In this document: positions 7,701 through 17,093 of the stretch, in pieces
How the letters are laid out: the number at the start of each line of letters is the position of its first letter
Position numbering within the stretch: the stretch's first letter is position 1
NCBI GenBank assembly: GCA_035701845.1
Contig: DASSRJ010000170.1
Location: 9,175 to 73,174 of the forward strand
Source of the DNA: Pseudolabrys sp.
GTDB taxonomy: Bacteria; Pseudomonadota; Alphaproteobacteria; Rhizobiales; Xanthobacteraceae
Reading direction: 5' to 3'
Length of the DNA: 64,000 nucleotides
Translations under genes and position numbers: made by a program
Notes under the pieces: generated by a model
Told to the model about the DNA's origin: nothing
Databases searched by the model: none
Seen by the model: only the letters and a program-made list of their open reading frames with translations

Positions 7701-7985
7701 CTATTTGCTTTTGTCCGGCGCAACGGTCGTCTTTGAAGAGCCTTCGGGGGCCGTCTGCATCCCTGGCGGACTTTGACCCTGCGGGCTCTCCGCGGGTGCA
7801 CCGCCGGACCCGGTTTCGAGGGGACCGGTCCGGCCCTGCGGCTGCCTCTGGCCCGTCGTCTCGGGAGTCTGCTGGCGGCCGGTGCTGTAGCCCGATTTAT
7901 CGGCCGGTTTGTCGTCGGCCCGAGCCGGCGCGGACGCAATGCCGCAGACGCACGCCAGGCAAAGTGCAGCAAATGCAACGCGCAT
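7701..7985 (-). CDS. Small secreted, probably disordered protein
   Basis: MRVAFAALCLACVCGIASAPARA signal, then Gly/Pro/Gln/Ser/Thr-rich GGAPAESPQGQSPPGMQ. Confidence 0.75.
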   Translation of the reverse strand: MRVAFAALCLACVCGIASAPARADDKPADKSGYSTGRQQTPETTGQRQPQGRTGPLETGSGGAPAESPQGQSPPGMQTAPEGSSKTTVAPDKSK

Positions 7986-8055
7986 GGTTGTCCCTCTCTT
8001 GAGCATGTAGCCTAACCGCGGTCCACGCACCGGGTTCCATCCGACGGAGGCTCGA

Positions 8056-8406
8056 ATGCTCTACCTGACCGTCAAAGCCGCGCTGTCCGGCCTCATCATT
8101 GCCGTCGTTTCGGAAGTGGCGCGACGCTCACCGACCCTCGGCGCGCTGATCGTGTCGCTGCCGCTGGTGTCAATCCTCGGGATTCTGTGGCTGTGGCATG
8201 ATACCAGCGACGCCGAACGTATCGCGGCGCACGCACAGTCAACGTTCTGGTATGTACTCCCAACGCTCCCGATGTTTCTCGTGATGCCGGCGATGCTGCG
8301 GCACGGAATCGGTTTCTGGCCAACACTTGCGACGTGCTGCGCTCTCACCTTGGTGCTTTACCTTGCGACAATCTGGACCTTGGGAAAATTCGGCAGCACG
8401 CTTTGA
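8056..8406 (+). CDS. DUF3147-like small membrane protein
   Basis: KAALSGLIIAVVSEVARRSPTLGALIVSLPLVS...STFWYVLPTLPMFL; four hydrophobic helices. Confidence 0.8.
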   Translation: MLYLTVKAALSGLIIAVVSEVARRSPTLGALIVSLPLVSILGILWLWHDTSDAERIAAHAQSTFWYVLPTLPMFLVMPAMLRHGIGFWPTLATCCALTLVLYLATIWTLGKFGSTL

Positions 8407-8535
8407 TGCAGCGCAGTAAAACTTGAATCAGCAGCGGGCTGAAAATTTTGACCCGCGCTTGATCGTTCTGCCGCAAAAATATCATGAGCCGCGTGCAAGG
8501 TATGTCAACGCTCCTGCTTCATTCGCGCGCCGCCG

Positions 8536-8563
8536 TTGCACTACGGTCGAACAAGCATATAAG
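8536..8563 (+). promoter_or_regulatory. Sigma70-like promoter for the zinc-ribbon gene
   Basis: TTGCAC-N16-TATAAG. Confidence 0.5.
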
Positions 8564-8609
8564 CGCGAGGGGTACGGGCCGCGTCAGAGTTTGGTCGGGA
8601 GGAAGGCCC

Positions 8610-8798
8610 ATGGAACTGTCCCGCGATATCGCAAAGTTTGCGCGCTCGCGTCCTGTGATTGAGTGCGCACAGTGCGGTGAGCGCATCTACATTCCTGAAT
8701 GGTCTGAATGCCTCGACGGGAGCCGCGTGCGTCATCTGTGGCAATGCGACGCGTGCGGCACCTCTTTCGAGACGACGGTGCGCATAGCGGCGGCGTAA
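8610..8798 (+). CDS. Small zinc-ribbon protein (62 aa)
   Basis: Strong SD GGGAGGAAGG; CAQC...CDAC Cys pairs with PEWSE and RHLW. Confidence 0.75.
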   Translation: MELSRDIAKFARSRPVIECAQCGERIYIPEWSECLDGSRVRHLWQCDACGTSFETTVRIAAA

Positions 8799-8869
8799 AT
8801 GCCGCCGAGCGCCCGAATTTCACGGAGTTTTGCGCAGCAGGCCGAATGTCGGCACGCTATAGTGTCGGC

Positions 8870-9436
8870 ATGATTGACCGCAGACATTTCATTGCACTCG
8901 CCGCCATCCCCCTCACCCTCGGTGTCCGCCCCGCTCGTGCAACCGCTATGAGCCGCGTGACCGCCTACGCCTTCACATTCAAAGGCCTGGATGGGGACGA
9001 TATCCTGCTCTCATCCTATGCCGGTCACCCTTTGCTGGTGGTCAATACGGCGTCGCAATGCGGCTATACCCCCCAATATGCTGGCCTCCAGCAAATCTGG
9101 ACGCGCTACCGCGACCGCGGATTGATCGTGCTGGGCGTGCCGTCGAACGACTTCGGCGGACAGGAGCCGGGCGGCAAAAACGAGATCCACGCGACCGCGC
9201 AGGGGACGTACCACGTCACATTCCCAGTGACCGAAAAGGTCGCCGTGAAGGGCAAGGACGCCCACCCGTTCTACAGGTGGGTGGCGGCCGACCATCCGCG
9301 CGAGGCCCCTCGCTGGAATTTTCACAAATACCTCATCGCACGCGATGGCCAATTGAAGGCGGCCTTCCCCTCGGCGGTCGAGCCAACGGACCCGCTCGTG
9401 ATCGCCGCCATCGAGCAGGTCCTGGCAGACGCATAG
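8870..9436 (+). CDS. Glutathione peroxidase family protein with Tat signal
   Basis: MIDRRHFI signal; NTASQCGYTPQY, PSNDFGGQEPG and WNFHKYL. Confidence 0.92.
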   Translation: MIDRRHFIALAAIPLTLGVRPARATAMSRVTAYAFTFKGLDGDDILLSSYAGHPLLVVNTASQCGYTPQYAGLQQIWTRYRDRGLIVLGVPSNDFGGQEPGGKNEIHATAQGTYHVTFPVTEKVAVKGKDAHPFYRWVAADHPREAPRWNFHKYLIARDGQLKAAFPSAVEPTDPLVIAAIEQVLADA

Positions 9437-9556
9437 CTCCGGCGAATCGCCGCGCCGCGCGTCGCGCACTCGCCGCCGCGAAACCAAAGCGGCGGAGCCT
9501 GTCAACTTTGGCGAGGCAGGGAGGGAAATCTTCTGTCACAATATTGAAAAATTAGA

Positions 9557-9585
9557 TTGACGAATCGGTGCGCGCATGACGGATT
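9557..9585 (+). promoter_or_regulatory. Orphan housekeeping-type promoter between convergent genes
   Basis: TTGACG-N12-CATG, same layout as the aspS upstream element TTGACA-N12-CATG; the -10 is weak. Confidence 0.4.
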
Positions 9586-9591
9586 GTCAGC

Positions 9592-9697
9592 ACGACATTC
9601 GGTCACGTGGGCCGGCGGGTTCAATCGCCGACCCGTAAAGAGGTTCCTCCCGCGTGGCGTTTTAACTGGGCGGCCGCAAGGCCGCCCCTTTTCATTT
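9592..9697 (+). ncRNA. Candidate small RNA with anti-SD-like GUUCCUCCC motif
   Basis: Promoter-like element upstream, stem CACGTGGG/CCCGCGTG enclosing an inner hairpin, strong terminator, no plausible ORF; 5' end is estimated. Confidence 0.5.
9668..9697 (+). terminator. Rho-independent terminator
   Basis: GGGCGGCC-GCAA-GGCCGCCC followed by CTTTTCATTT. Confidence 0.85.
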
Positions 9698-9718
9698 CAG
9701 CAAATCGTCGGCAAGTGG

Positions 9719-11338
9719 CTAGGCGGACGCAGCCATGCGCTCGGCGCCGCCAAATTCAAATGCGGCCGATTGCAGCGGGTCGAGGGCTTCCACGAGCTGC
9801 AGGAACGAGCTTCCGGGCAAAGGCGGCGCGAAGACGTAACCCTGCGCCGACCGCACGCCCAGCGTCCGCAAATGCATGACCTGCTCGAAATTCTCGACGC
9901 CCTCCGCAACGACATCCATGCGCATGTTGCGTGCGAGGTCGACAAGCGTCTCGACGATGGTCGTTGAATTCCGATCGGTACCGATGGCGTCGACGAACAT
10001 CTTGTCAATCTTGATGATGTCGACGCCGAGTTTGAGCATGTAGGAAAGACCGCTGTGGCCGGTGCCCACGTCGTCGATCGCAATACGAACGCCGAGGCCT
10101 TGCAGTGCTGCGATCGTCCGGCGGGTTTCTGTGAAGTTCTCGATCGGATCGCGCTCGGTGACTTCAAGAACGACCTGGGAGAATTTTATCGGCGAATCCA
10201 CGAAGATGTTGCGAACGTCCTTGACGATCGATGGCTTGCTGAAAAGTTTTCCCGCAAAGTTGAATGAAATCCTCAGGTCTGGACGCCGCCCCAGTGCCGG
10301 GCCGACCTCCGTGGAGGCTTTCCGCATCAGACGGCGCGTCAGATCGTCGATGAGGTCGCTCGATTCCATCAGTGGGATAAATGCGCCCGGCAGGACCAAA
10401 GTGCCATCCGATTTGCGCCAACGAACCAGGACCTCAGCCCCCCGCAATTGACCGGAACGGATGTCGACGACGGGTTGGTAGTACGGGATGAATTCGCCCG
10501 CTTCGAGCGCACGTTCGATTTCGGCCACCGGGTTACGGGGGGCGCGGCGTGGAACCAACACCACAAATCCCGTGACGGTCATCATGATGACACCGGCCGC
10601 AAAAAGACCGAACCATTTGAGGTCGGCGTGCTCCGCCTCGATCCGCGCCCGCGGATTGAGAACCTCGACATCAAAGCCGAACTTGTTCGACCTTATTTCG
10701 GCACTGAAATTTCCGCTCTCGCTGTCGGCTGTCCGCGCGCCGACCTCTCCGATCTCTGCGCCTTGTACGGTCACGATGCGTGCGTAGCCGCTGAAAGGCC
10801 CGCCACGCGTCGACACCTGCGGCAAAAACAATACCGTCGGCACGAGAGCGCTGATGGCGTTCGCGGCGGAGCCGACATCTCGTCGCAAGCGCACCATTCG
10901 CTCGCCGCCCGGCAGAGATATGATGTCCAGACGATACCCGCCGGCGCCGACCAATGGCTCGGACGAGATCACGTCCCGCTCGCCTGGAGGCAAGCCGAGA
11001 TGATTGCAAAGCGTCCTGCCGTCGGGGCCGATGATGGCGATTTCCTTGACAGGAATCGTATTAAAGGCGGCGCGGCGCATCGCCTCCATGTCGTGCTGAT
11101 CGCAGGAGCTGACGCCCGCCAAAGCCAGGGTGTCGAGCGTTCCGACCGCATCCCGGACGCGCGCCTCGGCAAGTGCGATTGCGCGCTTGGCGGCCGTGCT
11201 TACCTCCGACTGGCCTTGCCGCTCTATGAGATTGTCGAGCCAGAGGTTAAAGGCGATGAACGGACCACCGGCGAGCACGGCGCCGACGATAATCGCAAAT
11301 AAATTCCGGCGCGTAACGGCGCGCACAAAAAACCCCAT
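9719..11338 (-). CDS. Membrane-bound EAL c-di-GMP phosphodiesterase with two-Cys (CSS-type) periplasmic sensor
   Basis: Two TM segments flank a domain with exactly two Cys 32 aa apart; EVL, ISFN, LEVTE, DDVGTGHS, IKID, EGVE and QGY catalytic motifs are present. Confidence 0.9.
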   Translation of the reverse strand: MGFFVRAVTRRNLFAIIVGAVLAGGPFIAFNLWLDNLIERQGQSEVSTAAKRAIALAEARVRDAVGTLDTLALAGVSSCDQHDMEAMRRAAFNTIPVKEIAIIGPDGRTLCNHLGLPPGERDVISSEPLVGAGGYRLDIISLPGGERMVRLRRDVGSAANAISALVPTVLFLPQVSTRGGPFSGYARIVTVQGAEIGEVGARTADSESGNFSAEIRSNKFGFDVEVLNPRARIEAEHADLKWFGLFAAGVIMMTVTGFVVLVPRRAPRNPVAEIERALEAGEFIPYYQPVVDIRSGQLRGAEVLVRWRKSDGTLVLPGAFIPLMESSDLIDDLTRRLMRKASTEVGPALGRRPDLRISFNFAGKLFSKPSIVKDVRNIFVDSPIKFSQVVLEVTERDPIENFTETRRTIAALQGLGVRIAIDDVGTGHSGLSYMLKLGVDIIKIDKMFVDAIGTDRNSTTIVETLVDLARNMRMDVVAEGVENFEQVMHLRTLGVRSAQGYVFAPPLPGSSFLQLVEALDPLQSAAFEFGGAERMAASA

Positions 11339-11393
11339 CCCGCCTCCAGCCAGGGGCCCCGTCCTGGTGCCTCTCCAGTCAGCCATGCCGCCG

Positions 11394-11408
11394 TAAAGAC
11401 AACCTTAA
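11394..11408. promoter_or_regulatory. CtrA-like box
   Basis: TAAA-N7-TTAA, one mismatch to TTAA-N7-TTAA, upstream of the EAL gene. Confidence 0.4.
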
Positions 11409-11466
11409 GCTTAAAGGCGGGTAACCCCAGCTACTGCGCGAAAAACTGCCGCCCGCGCCGCCATGG

Positions 11467-11481
11467 TTAGTAATGGGTTAA
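11467..11481. promoter_or_regulatory. CtrA-like box
   Basis: TTAG-N7-TTAA, one mismatch; the minus strand reads TTAACCCATTACTAACCAT. Confidence 0.5.
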
Positions 11482-11529
11482 AATAACGCGGTCGGTCAGG
11501 CGCGCCTGGCTCCGATCGGAGGATTGTCG

Positions 11530-12372
11530 ATGAAATGGCGTTTCGAGTGGATCGCGGCGTGGGTCGCTTTGACGACCGGGATTCTGGCCGCGCAGGCACA
11601 GCAGCGGATCGAAATTTTCGACGCGCATCTGCATTACAACCAGGAGCCCAAACCATTTTACTCGCTCGACCAGGTGCGCGACGCATTCCGCCGCAATGGC
11701 ATCAGCGGCATCATTGCGACCAGCCGGCCCAACAAGGGCACCCATGAGCTGATGGATGCAAAATGGCCGGAGCTGAAGGTCGTGCCGTTCATCCGGCCTT
11801 ACCGCGTGCGCAGCGATATCCAGACCTGGTTCAACGATCCGACGATTTTCGAGCTCATCAACGAAGAATATGCCCGCGGCTATTACCGCGGCATCGGCGA
11901 ATTCCACATCTACGGAAAATCCGCCCAATCGGACTGGGTGAAGAAGATGGTCGACTTCGCGGTCGAGCGAAACCTGTACCTGCATGCGCATTGCGACGAA
12001 GAGGCGCTGCTTATTCTGTTCAAACACAATCCGAAGGCAAAAATCATCTGGGCACATACCGGATTTTCGGTGGCGCCGGCGCGCGTCGCCGAATTGCTTG
12101 ATCAGCACGAGGACGCGCTCTGGGGCGAATTGTCGTACCGCGGCGGTATCACCGGCGGCGACGGCAAGTTGACAAGCGACTGGCGCAACCTATTTGCACG
12201 TTATTCCGACCGGTTCCTGCTCGGCTCGGATACCTGGATCAACGAGCGCTGGTTCGGCTACGACTCGATCTTCAAGGAATATCGTGGATGGCTCGCCCAG
12301 CTTCCGGCCGATCAAGCGCAGCGGATTGCAAGCGGTAACGCGTTGCGGCTGTTCGGGTTGCGACGCGAGTAA
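11530..12372 (+). CDS. Exported amidohydrolase-family (TIM-barrel) metalloprotein
   Basis: GGAGG SD; signal peptide ending AQA; DAHLH, GIGEFH, HAH, WAHTG and GSDTW metal-ligand motifs. Confidence 0.85.
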   Translation: MKWRFEWIAAWVALTTGILAAQAQQRIEIFDAHLHYNQEPKPFYSLDQVRDAFRRNGISGIIATSRPNKGTHELMDAKWPELKVVPFIRPYRVRSDIQTWFNDPTIFELINEEYARGYYRGIGEFHIYGKSAQSDWVKKMVDFAVERNLYLHAHCDEEALLILFKHNPKAKIIWAHTGFSVAPARVAELLDQHEDALWGELSYRGGITGGDGKLTSDWRNLFARYSDRFLLGSDTWINERWFGYDSIFKEYRGWLAQLPADQAQRIASGNALRLFGLRRE

Positions 12373-12389
12373 TCGATGGGAGTCTCATC

Positions 12390-13310
12390 ATGAGTTTCTT
12401 TCCCGGCAAGGATCCGGCTGCGGGCGACGCGCATCAATGCGACGCCATTTCTCAGGTCATCGTGCCGCGTACGGTCGATCTCGGCGACTTCGCGGTCCGG
12501 CGGGCGCTGCCGTCGGCCCGGACGCGCATGGTCGGCCCTTTCATTTTTTTCGATCATTTCGGACCGGCGGAGTTTCACGCAGGGAACGGGCTCGACGTTC
12601 GCCCCCATCCGCATATCGGCCTCGCCACCGTGACCTATCTGTTCGACGGCGAGATCATGCATCGCGACAGTCTTGGCACCGCCATGGCGATCAAGCCGGG
12701 CGAAGTCAACTGGATGACGGCCGGACGCGGCATCGTCCATTCCGAGCGCACCCGGCCTGAACGCCGGGTCGACGGTGAACCGATCCACGGCCTGCAGATG
12801 TGGGTCGCGCTGCCCGCGGCCAGAGAGGAGATGGAGGCCGGCTTTGCGCATCACGCGACCGCGGAATTTCCGGTCATCAGGGAAAACGGAAAGAACGTGC
12901 GCGTGGTGGTAGGTTCCCTGTATGGCGCCTCATCGCCGGTGCCGACGGTGCACGAGACGATATTCGGCGATGTGCATCTGAACGCCGGCACATCGCTGCC
13001 GCTCGACGCGGACCACGAAGAGCGCGCGATCTACGTCATCGAAGGCGTCGTCGATATTTCCGGCGACAAGTTCGAGCCCGGACGCTTGCTGGTATTCAAG
13101 CCGGGCGACGCCCCGACCATTACGGCCGTCAACAACGCCCATTTCGTCATCCTCGGCGGCGCACCGATGGACGGCCCGCGCCACATCTGGTGGAATTTCG
13201 TTTCATCCCGGAAGGAACGCATCGAGCAGGCCAAGGCGGACTGGAAGGCCGGCCACTTCGACAAGGTGCCGGGCGACGAGATCGAGTTTATTCCGCTGCC
13301 CGACAAGTAA
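12390..13310 (+). CDS. Pirin family protein
   Basis: [40 protein letters not shown] and WWNFVSS. Confidence 0.95.
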   Translation: MSFFPGKDPAAGDAHQCDAISQVIVPRTVDLGDFAVRRALPSARTRMVGPFIFFDHFGPAEFHAGNGLDVRPHPHIGLATVTYLFDGEIMHRDSLGTAMAIKPGEVNWMTAGRGIVHSERTRPERRVDGEPIHGLQMWVALPAAREEMEAGFAHHATAEFPVIRENGKNVRVVVGSLYGASSPVPTVHETIFGDVHLNAGTSLPLDADHEERAIYVIEGVVDISGDKFEPGRLLVFKPGDAPTITAVNNAHFVILGGAPMDGPRHIWWNFVSSRKERIEQAKADWKAGHFDKVPGDEIEFIPLPDK

Positions 13311-13343
13311 AGCGGTCGCGATGCCTTTCAGTCGTCTACCGGT

Positions 13344-13398
13344 AAGACGTGGATGCGAAAGCACGCCGTCCGTCGGACTGCTATGCCCGGCCATGACG
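13344..13398. repeat. Degenerate rhizobial REP/RIME-like intergenic element
   Basis: AAGACGTGGATG...CGCCGTCCGTCGGACTGCTATGCCCGGCCATGACG between convergent genes resembles, from memory, the common Bradyrhizobium-type repeat; single copy in this window. Confidence 0.55.
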
Positions 13399-13408
13399 CC
13401 AAGAGGCG

Positions 13409-15202
13409 TCATTTCTTCGGCAAATCGAGTCTTATGTGCAGCTCCTTGAGCTGCTTGGGCGCAGCTTCGGACGGCGCGCCCATCATCAGGTCTTCGGCGC
13501 GCTGATTCATCGGAAACAGCACGACCTCGCGCAGGTTCTCTTCGCCGGCAAGCAGCATGACGATGCGGTCGATTCCGGGCGCGATGCCGCCGTGGGGCGG
13601 CGCGCCGAGCGACAGCGCATGCAGCATGCCGCCAAATCTCGTCTCGAGCACGTCCTCACTGTAGCCGGCAATCGCAAAAGCCTTCTTCATCACCTCCGGC
13701 CGGTGGTTCCGGATCGCGCCCGACGACAGTTCAACGCCGTTGCAGACAATGTCGTACTGAATCGCGTTGATCGACAGCAGCCTGTCGCTGTCCCTGGGAT
13801 CGAGCGCGAGGAATTCCTCGACCGGCAGGTTCGGCATCGAGAACGGATTGTGGGAGAAGTCGATCTTCTTCTCCTCCTCGTTCCACTCGTACATCGGAAA
13901 ATCGACGATCCAGCAGAACTCGAAGCGGTTTTTGTCGATAAGCCCGAGTTCCTCGCCGATCCTGGCGCGCGCCGGCCCGGCGAATTTCACAAAGTCCTTC
14001 GGCTTGCCGGCGACAAAGAAACAGGCGTCGCCGATACCGAGCTTCATCTGGTCCGCGATCTGCCTGGTGCGCTCCGGCCCGATATTCTTGGCCAGCGGAC
14101 CCGCGCCGCCCTCCTCGCCTTCGCGCCAGAAGATGTAGCCGAGGCCGGGCTGCCCCTCGCCCTGCGCCCAGGAATTCATGCGGTCGCAGAAGGCGCGGTT
14201 GCCGCCTTTCGGCGCCGGGATCGCCCACACGGCGTTTCCGGGAGTCTCCAGGATCTTTGCGAAAATCTTGAATCCGGAGCCGCGGAACGCCCCGCTCACG
14301 TCCTGCATCACGATCGGGTTGCGCAGATCGGGCTTATCGCTGCCGTATTTGCGCAGCGCGTCGGCGTAAGGGATGAGAGGAAACTTTGGCGTCACCGGTT
14401 TGCCGTTGGCGAATTCCTCGAAGACGCCGCGGATCACCGGCTCGACCGCATCAAAAACATCCTGCTGGGTGACAAAGCTCATCTCGAGGTCGAGCTGATA
14501 GAACTCGCCCGGCGAGCGGTCGGCGCGCGCGTCCTCGTCGCGGAAGCACGGCGCAATCTGGAAATAGCGGTCGAAACCCGCGACCATGATCAGCTGCTTG
14601 AATTGCTGCGGCGCCTGCGGCAGCGCGTAGAATTTTCCCGGATGCAGCCGCGATGGCACCAGATAGTCGCGCGCGCCTTCGGGTGATGACGCCGTGAGGA
14701 TAGGCGTCTGGAATTCAAAGAAGCCCGCTTCCTTCATGCGCCGCCGGATCGAGTCGATGACCTTGCCCCGCAGCATGATGTTGTTGTGCAGATGCTCGCG
14801 GCGCAGATCGAGAAAGCGGTATTTCAGCCTGATCTCTTCCGGGTACTCCTGCTCGCCGAAAACCGGCATCGGCAGTTCTGCGGCGGGACCGAGAACTTCG
14901 ATTTCATCGATGTACACTTCGACTTGCCCGGTGGGCAGCTCCGGATTCTCGGTGCCCCCCGGACGCCTGCGCACCTTCCCGTCAATGCGCACGACCCATT
15001 CGGCGCGCAGTGTCTCGGCCAGCTTGAACGCCTTGCTGTCGGGGTCGGCAACGACCTGGGTCAACCCATAGTGGTCGCGCAGGTCGATGAACAGCACGCC
15101 GCCGTGATCGCGGATACGGTGACACCATCCTGAAAGGCGCACGGTCTTGCCAATATCGCTCTCGCGAAGTGCGCCGCAGGTATGGGAGCGATAGCGATGC
15201 AT
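13409..15202 (-). CDS. aspS: Aspartate--tRNA ligase, probably non-discriminating (Asp/Asn)
   Basis: [28 protein letters not shown] and [12 protein letters not shown]. Confidence 0.97.
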   Translation of the reverse strand: MHRYRSHTCGALRESDIGKTVRLSGWCHRIRDHGGVLFIDLRDHYGLTQVVADPDSKAFKLAETLRAEWVVRIDGKVRRRPGGTENPELPTGQVEVYIDEIEVLGPAAELPMPVFGEQEYPEEIRLKYRFLDLRREHLHNNIMLRGKVIDSIRRRMKEAGFFEFQTPILTASSPEGARDYLVPSRLHPGKFYALPQAPQQFKQLIMVAGFDRYFQIAPCFRDEDARADRSPGEFYQLDLEMSFVTQQDVFDAVEPVIRGVFEEFANGKPVTPKFPLIPYADALRKYGSDKPDLRNPIVMQDVSGAFRGSGFKIFAKILETPGNAVWAIPAPKGGNRAFCDRMNSWAQGEGQPGLGYIFWREGEEGGAGPLAKNIGPERTRQIADQMKLGIGDACFFVAGKPKDFVKFAGPARARIGEELGLIDKNRFEFCWIVDFPMYEWNEEEKKIDFSHNPFSMPNLPVEEFLALDPRDSDRLLSINAIQYDIVCNGVELSSGAIRNHRPEVMKKAFAIAGYSEDVLETRFGGMLHALSLGAPPHGGIAPGIDRIVMLLAGEENLREVVLFPMNQRAEDLMMGAPSEAAPKQLKELHIRLDLPKK

Positions 15203-15257
15203 TGTCCGTTCTTTGGGCTTGCCGGGGATGAGTCAGAATCTCGGTGTGAGGCGGGCG

Positions 15258-15286
15258 AAAAGCGCATGAGGGGTCGATTTTGTCAA
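15258..15286 (-). promoter_or_regulatory. Putative aspS promoter
   Basis: Consensus TTGACA -35 on the minus strand; -10 is poorly defined. Confidence 0.45.
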
Positions 15287-15378
15287 GGCAAGCGGCCGCG
15301 AAAGGCGGGATTCACGCGGGTGCCTCGACACACTTGCCCGGGGCCTGCACAGTTGGTTTTAAAGTGACCGGGTCCTCA

Positions 15379-17046
15379 ATGCGCAAAGCCAGAAAAAAGA
15401 CAAAGACGACTTCGGCGGAGACTGAAATGTCGACCGCCGAAGCGGCGGTGGCGACCTTGATTGCGCACGGCCTCGACACCGTCTATGCGCTCCCGGGCAT
15501 CCACAACGACCACCTGTTCGACGCCTTTCGGCGTGCTTCCGAAAGCCTGCGCGTGGTCCATACCCGTCACGAGCAAGGTGCCGCTTACATGGCGCTCGGC
15601 GCGGCGCTCTCGACCGGCAAGCCGCAAACTTACGCGGTTGTCCCCGGACCCGGTCTGCTCAATTCCAGTGCCGCTCTACTGACCGCATATGGAATGAACG
15701 CACCGGTGCTCGCGCTCATCGGGCAAATTCCGGAGGCGGCAATCGGGAAGGGCTACGGTCACCTGCACGAGATCCGAGATCAGGCCGGCATCGTGGCCCG
15801 TCTTGTCGACCATTCGTCCTTTATCCGCGCGCCGGCCGAGGCGTCCGCGAAAGTTGCAAAGGCCCTTCAATCCATGAATCGCGGGCGCCACGGTCCGGCA
15901 GCAATCGAATGCCCTATCGACGTTTGGGGCAAACGTGCGCCGGTGCACGCAATCGTCGCACCGGCACCGCAGCGCCGGCCAAAAACCGACATCGACAAGG
16001 TGCGTGCCGCGGCAAGGATTCTCGGCAAAGCGGGGCGCATTCTCATCGTTGCCGGCGGCGGCGCGCAAGATGCGTCGCCCGAAATCACGCTGCTCTCGAA
16101 CATGCTGCAGGCGCCCGTGCTCGGCTATCGCCGCGGCCGTGGCGTGCTGGACTCACGAGACCCGTTCAGCGTGACCCTGCCGTTGGGCCGCGAATTATGG
16201 GCCGAAGCCGATGCCGTGCTCGCCGTCGGCACACGTCTTCTCAATCCGATCAACCAGTGGGGCGTCGACAAGACGCTGCAGATCGTGCGGGTGGACGCCG
16301 ATCCCGAAGAACCCGGACGGATTACCAAACCGAAAGTGGCGCTTGTCGGCGATGCCGCACCGATCCTGCGCGCGCTGATCGACGAGCTCGTCAAATTCAA
16401 CGTCCGGCGGGCATCACGCCGCGATGAAATGCTGGAGCGGCAGGCCAGGCTGCGTCAACGCCTCGCGAAACTCGGGCCCCAGCTCGCTTTCCTCGAGGTC
16501 ATCCGTGCCGAACTGCCTGAAGACGGCATTCTCGTCGACGAAGTTACGCAGATCGGCTTCGCCGCGAGGCTAGCCTTTCCGGTCTATAAGCCGCGCACGT
16601 TTCTCTCGCCGGGTTATCAGGACAACCTCGGCTGGGGCTATGCGACCGCACTCGGCGCGCAGCATGCGAGGGCCGACGTCCCGGTCCTTTCGATCAATGG
16701 CGACGGCGGATTTCTCTATACGGGCAACGAGCTCGCCACCGCGATCCGGCACGGCATTCCGTTGGTGGCACTCGTGTTCGTTGATGGCGCATTTGGCAAT
16801 GTCCGTCGCATTCAGCAGGAGCAGTTCGGCAACCGGCTGATCGCCTGCGATCTGGCCAATCCAGATTTCGTCAAATACGCGGAAAGTTTCGGCGCGGCCG
16901 GACGGCGCGCCCGGGGGCCTGATGAACTGCGCGTCGCCTTGCGCGAATCAATTGCACGGCGCGAACCGACCCTCATCGAAGTGCCGGTCGGCCCGATGCC
17001 GAGCCCGTGGGAATTCATCATGATGCCCCGGGCGCGCGGAAAATAA
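15379..17046 (+). CDS. Thiamine diphosphate-dependent enzyme (acetolactate synthase-like family)
   Basis: [15 protein letters not shown] and the TPP motif GDGGFLY...N; start may be 15427. Confidence 0.88.
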   Translation: MRKARKKTKTTSAETEMSTAEAAVATLIAHGLDTVYALPGIHNDHLFDAFRRASESLRVVHTRHEQGAAYMALGAALSTGKPQTYAVVPGPGLLNSSAALLTAYGMNAPVLALIGQIPEAAIGKGYGHLHEIRDQAGIVARLVDHSSFIRAPAEASAKVAKALQSMNRGRHGPAAIECPIDVWGKRAPVHAIVAPAPQRRPKTDIDKVRAAARILGKAGRILIVAGGGAQDASPEITLLSNMLQAPVLGYRRGRGVLDSRDPFSVTLPLGRELWAEADAVLAVGTRLLNPINQWGVDKTLQIVRVDADPEEPGRITKPKVALVGDAAPILRALIDELVKFNVRRASRRDEMLERQARLRQRLAKLGPQLAFLEVIRAELPEDGILVDEVTQIGFAARLAFPVYKPRTFLSPGYQDNLGWGYATALGAQHARADVPVLSINGDGGFLYTGNELATAIRHGIPLVALVFVDGAFGNVRRIQQEQFGNRLIACDLANPDFVKYAESFGAAGRRARGPDELRVALRESIARREPTLIEVPVGPMPSPWEFIMMPRARGK

Positions 17047-17093
17047 ATCGGGTTGCCATGACGGACCCTGATGAGTTTATTGTCAGCCCGGCA

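Noticed and set aside
15203-15378. ilv-type attenuator leader before the TPP enzyme
   Set aside because: No Ile/Leu/Val-rich leader peptide and no terminator hairpin with a U-tract.
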